Source of the DNA: a virus
Lineage: Duplodnaviria; Caudoviricetes
IMG/VR virus record: IMGVR_UViG_3300042860_000123
Span: 1-38,256 of that record
Strand: one strand, 5' to 3'
DNA length: 38,256 nucleotides
Position numbers and translations under genes: made by a program. This document shows positions 35,070-38,256 of this stretch, piece by piece. Each line of letters opens with the position of its first letter. Positions within the stretch are counted from its first letter, which is position 1. Below the pieces are notes generated by a model. The model was not told the origin of the DNA. It did no database searches and worked only from the letters and a program-made list of their open reading frames with translations.

Positions 35070-37896
35070 TTGGCAACGCCAGTACCGCTTCTGCATCAAA
35101 CACGTGGCTCATGGTGTCGTCAATCAGCAGGGCGTTAACCGGAGGTGCTGCCATCAACGTACCCTTTGCCATACGCTTCTTTACAGAATCTACGCTTACG
35201 CCTGTATTACGCAGGGCGTTCACGGTGTCGTGATAGCTGACCTGATTCTTGGCGCACCACTCTTTAAACTTCTTCTGCACAATGAACAGCTTCTTGGTAT
35301 CTAGTTCGTAGCGTATCAACAGCTCGCCTCTTGGTTCCCGTAGAGGTGCAGAGGGCAGACCATTCTCACTAGGGTTATCCCTAACCAACAAAATGTTGTT
35401 GATGTTGGCCATGACAAAGGAGCCGATCGCTGTAGCGCCATCTGTTGGAGCCGCCTTGATGTCGCCCTTGTTGGCTTTGAGCATTACCACAAGCCAGTTA
35501 AAGATGCGCTTAACGTCAAAGTTAATCAGCCCCAGTTGATTGGCAATCAAGCCACCCGTGATACCCAGTGCACCGATGGATGACCAGAAGCGTTCACGTT
35601 GACCCAGACCTGCCGCTGTATCCAAACGCAACTGAACGTCACGCAGGGTGTCTAAAACTTCAGGCAGGTTGTTGACCACATACTTCAAGAAGATTTCACC
35701 TGCATGGCCGTAGTTGGTGGCCAGCTTGCCGAACAGTGCGTCAGTAAACTCTTTCGAGTGCGTGTCATCACGGCGAATCTTCAACTCAATGATACGCATC
35801 ATTTCACCTTCAGGAAATTCCTTTAGGGAAAACAACTTATCGTACAAACTGCTGTTGGATGAAGTGATTGCAAGCAAGCGCCAGAAGGTATTGTTCATGC
35901 GCTCAGCGTTAGTCTGAGACTCCATGCGGTTCTTGCCACGACCTTGGGTGATAGCGTATGCCAGCTGGGACACCATCTCATCACGCATATTGGTCACTTC
36001 ATCAATCGTTGCAGGCAGATTGTTCAGCACACCAAAGCGGTGAATCTTGGCGTTGTATGTATCATCGTTCTGGAGCAGTAGGTCGAACGGTTGCCCCCAG
36101 ATGCTGTTGATGGCCATCTGCACAGTTGACTTACCCGTGCCAGAACCCGGACTCATCAAGTTCACAATGCCACCGCGCACCTGAGTGAACGGCATCAGCA
36201 CACTGCCAAACCCAAGCATGAATGCAAAGGCTTGAGATTCCATACCATTGTTGTTGTAGAAGTTAACAACCGTCTTCCACTCATCCAACTCACCCTTCTT
36301 TGTGAGCAGTGAACAGGCGTGCAAGATTGAACTTGCAGGAGGGCTGTATTTAACCCCAGTGGTTGTGATCTCCCGATCGCCAAGGATGAACGTCTTCTCT
36401 TCTGTCCATCCAAACTGGCTACGTACTTTTTCAGCTTGTCCCATAATTTGTAATTCCTTTACCCAACGTGAAACATAAAACATCAATTCATCAACTGTCT
36501 TGCCCAGTACCGCCATGCCCTGCGTTGCAATAGCATCACGAAAACGGTCTTTAGACAGCACACTAACTAGCGGCACTGAGAACTCACGCACGCCATCTTT
36601 AGGCAAGTGCAAGCGCATCCAAAGAACTTCACCCGCCACAGGGTCGTGCATACGCTTGACCACATAGAAGTCGTTCTCATAAATCAGCTTGTCGTTGCCT
36701 TCTTCCTCTGTCTTGTTAGGGTCACCCCTGCGGTAGATGCCGCCGTACTTGCCCCGAAAGAAAGGAAAGGGGTACGCGGGTATGTTGTACACCCGCAAAT
36801 CTTTGGTACTTGAGTCAACCGTTGTGATAGTGTTGTCAGCTTCAGTTGCTTCAATGATCTCTTTCCCCAACACGATGGGGGAGCCAAACTTGCCCTTGTG
36901 CTTACAGTCTTTGCAACCACCGGGTCTCAAGTCTTCAAACGTGGTGCAGGTGTATGGGCCTTTGGTTTCGCCAGCCTTCTTGTCAGTGTCGTACTGGTTG
37001 TAGCTATCGTGTTGGTTTGACATCTCGTGGATGGCAGTTTCACGATCTACGCAAAGATGTGCAATGGAAAGCCCTGCACGCCATAAAGGTTCTGGCACCT
37101 GCTTCTGGTGCTCAACGATGTGGTTAAGTTGTCCACACCCGTCAACCTTCAGGGCAATAATCTTTTCAAAGCGATACGAATTGTTCTGCCCCATCAGGGC
37201 TTTGCTGGTCGCATCGGAACCAGCGTTCTTAATGTAGTCTGGTACTTCAAAGGGCAGTGCGTCGACAGACTGGCTCGGCTCGGGCGCACCTAGGGCGGCG
37301 GCGAAATCAAACAGGTCAACCTTGCCATCACCACCCATAAACTCCACGGGAAGTGGGCTGTCAGGGTTTTTAAAGTTGTGGGTTTCTGGCACGCGAAGGA
37401 TACGTGCCATGTCAGTAGTGCAGGCGGGATCAGCAAATAAACTACGTTCAGTGCAAACATTCTTTAAACGCTTGGCTACAGGTAGCCATGTGTTCTTGTC
37501 AATACTCTCAGGCAGTACCCAGTACGCGTGCACCCCGTTACCAGAGTTGACGCAGATGGGTTGAGGCAGGTTCAGGTCAGCGCAGAACTGACCCAGTGCC
37601 GCCATTGCCAGATCACGCGAGGCGTAATCCTTGGTGGGGCCACAGTCCAGATCAAGCCAAAATGATTTAGCTTGGTATGCGTTGGCAGCTAGCCTACGGG
37701 GTGGGGTAATCTCAGGGTCAAACGAGAACATCGCATAGTACGTGTCAGCGTTAGCGCCATAGATATCTTGGATTTCCGTGATGAGAGACGGGATGTCAGA
37801 TGCAAATCGTGTACGTAACTTTTCCTGCTTGATGCCGACCGCACAGTAGTTGCCAACATCGGGCAATACTGCATTCAGGAATTCGGTCAATGTCAT
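35038..37896 (-). CDS. Primase-helicase (AEP/RepB-like primase + Cys-rich domain + DUF927-type ATPase)
   Basis: FWLDLD, VNSGNGVHAYW and RILRVPET.N (AEP/RepB motifs); Walker A SPGSGTGKST; Walker B-like ATIDE; QFGW motif of DUF927-like proteins. Confidence 0.85.
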   Translation of the reverse strand: MTLTEFLNAVLPDVGNYCAVGIKQEKLRTRFASDIPSLITEIQDIYGANADTYYAMFSFDPEITPPRRLAANAYQAKSFWLDLDCGPTKDYASRDLAMAALGQFCADLNLPQPICVNSGNGVHAYWVLPESIDKNTWLPVAKRLKNVCTERSLFADPACTTDMARILRVPETHNFKNPDSPLPVEFMGGDGKVDLFDFAAALGAPEPSQSVDALPFEVPDYIKNAGSDATSKALMGQNNSYRFEKIIALKVDGCGQLNHIVEHQKQVPEPLWRAGLSIAHLCVDRETAIHEMSNQHDSYNQYDTDKKAGETKGPYTCTTFEDLRPGGCKDCKHKGKFGSPIVLGKEIIEATEADNTITTVDSSTKDLRVYNIPAYPFPFFRGKYGGIYRRGDPNKTEEEGNDKLIYENDFYVVKRMHDPVAGEVLWMRLHLPKDGVREFSVPLVSVLSKDRFRDAIATQGMAVLGKTVDELMFYVSRWVKELQIMGQAEKVRSQFGWTEEKTFILGDREITTTGVKYSPPASSILHACSLLTKKGELDEWKTVVNFYNNNGMESQAFAFMLGFGSVLMPFTQVRGGIVNLMSPGSGTGKSTVQMAINSIWGQPFDLLLQNDDTYNAKIHRFGVLNNLPATIDEVTNMRDEMVSQLAYAITQGRGKNRMESQTNAERMNNTFWRLLAITSSNSSLYDKLFSLKEFPEGEMMRIIELKIRRDDTHSKEFTDALFGKLATNYGHAGEIFLKYVVNNLPEVLDTLRDVQLRLDTAAGLGQRERFWSSIGALGITGGLIANQLGLINFDVKRIFNWLVVMLKANKGDIKAAPTDGATAIGSFVMANINNILLVRDNPSENGLPSAPLREPRGELLIRYELDTKKLFIVQKKFKEWCAKNQVSYHDTVNALRNTGVSVDSVKKRMAKGTLMAAPPVNALLIDDTMSHVFDAEAVLALPNDDTEDRKAA

Positions 37897-37910
37897 AAAG
37901 ATACTTCGGT

Positions 37911-38135
37911 TTAATGGCGGTCAATGTATGTTTGGATTTTCTTTGCGGTTTCGGGTCGCGGTGAATACTCACCTTTAAACCATGCATAAACGGTTATCTT
38001 CGTAACCCCTGCAATCTCGGCAACTTTATTGACCGGTATGTTTTTCTTGATGCAAGCCCTGCCGATTTTTACACCGGCTAACTTCCCATCAGCTTGCTTG
38101 TTCTTTAGCACTGTGGCTAATGTGTAACCAATCAT
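37911..38135 (-). CDS. Small helix-turn-helix DNA-binding protein
   Basis: IPVNKVAEIAGVTKITVYAWFKGEYSP is a Cro/XRE-like HTH. Confidence 0.75.
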   Translation of the reverse strand: MIGYTLATVLKNKQADGKLAGVKIGRACIKKNIPVNKVAEIAGVTKITVYAWFKGEYSPRPETAKKIQTYIDRH

Positions 38136-38153
38136 CGCTGTCTTTCGTTAGGT

Positions 38154-38252
38154 GGGGGTACTCGCTGCGTCTGTGAACATGGGATACTGGCTTACAGATT
38201 CAGTTCCATGCCTACCTTGGTTGCCGAGTTTCACAGCATCCGCTTTCCCCCC
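38154..38252 (-). ncRNA. Candidate structured RNA with loop-E (bulged-G) motif upstream of the HTH/primase genes
   Basis: - strand: GGGG-GAA-A-GC-GGA-UG-CUGUGAA ... UUCACAG-AC-GCA-GC-G-AGUA-CCCCC, nested stems with GAA opposite AGUA. Confidence 0.5.
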
Positions 38253-38256
38253 GATT

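Overview
Nearly contiguous segment of a tailed dsDNA phage genome (Caudoviricetes). The absence of a tape-measure or sheath gene and the presence of several ejection-type proteins suggest a podovirus-like virion. The + strand (1-34776) is one long late/virion module: a 5'-truncated GroES-like co-chaperonin, probable scaffold, Mu gpT-like major capsid protein, decoration proteins, small Lys-rich proteins, a G/F/Q-rich low-complexity protein, adaptor/tail proteins, a repeat-rich tail fibre, a lysis cassette (3TM holin, M15-type endolysin and a possible T4 T-like holin), three low-complexity internal/ejection proteins and a 2825-aa polyvalent protein. A convergent - strand replication module (34845-38135) holds an HTH protein, a primase-helicase and a small protein. 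Portal and terminase are not in the window. Most notable: (i) a short [FYML]-x-x-G-G motif shared by six otherwise unrelated small basic and ejection proteins, a possible capsid-loading or processing signal; (ii) three structured non-coding elements (a 76-nt tRNA-like element, a chained double-pseudoknot leader and a loop-E-containing RNA); (iii) an L,D-transpeptidase-like domain, two ART-like domains and a zincin domain in the polyvalent protein; (iv) a prion-like/FG-like protein; (v) repeated copies of the holin start sequence that look like insertion scars. All family calls come from motif recognition by eye; no searches were run.
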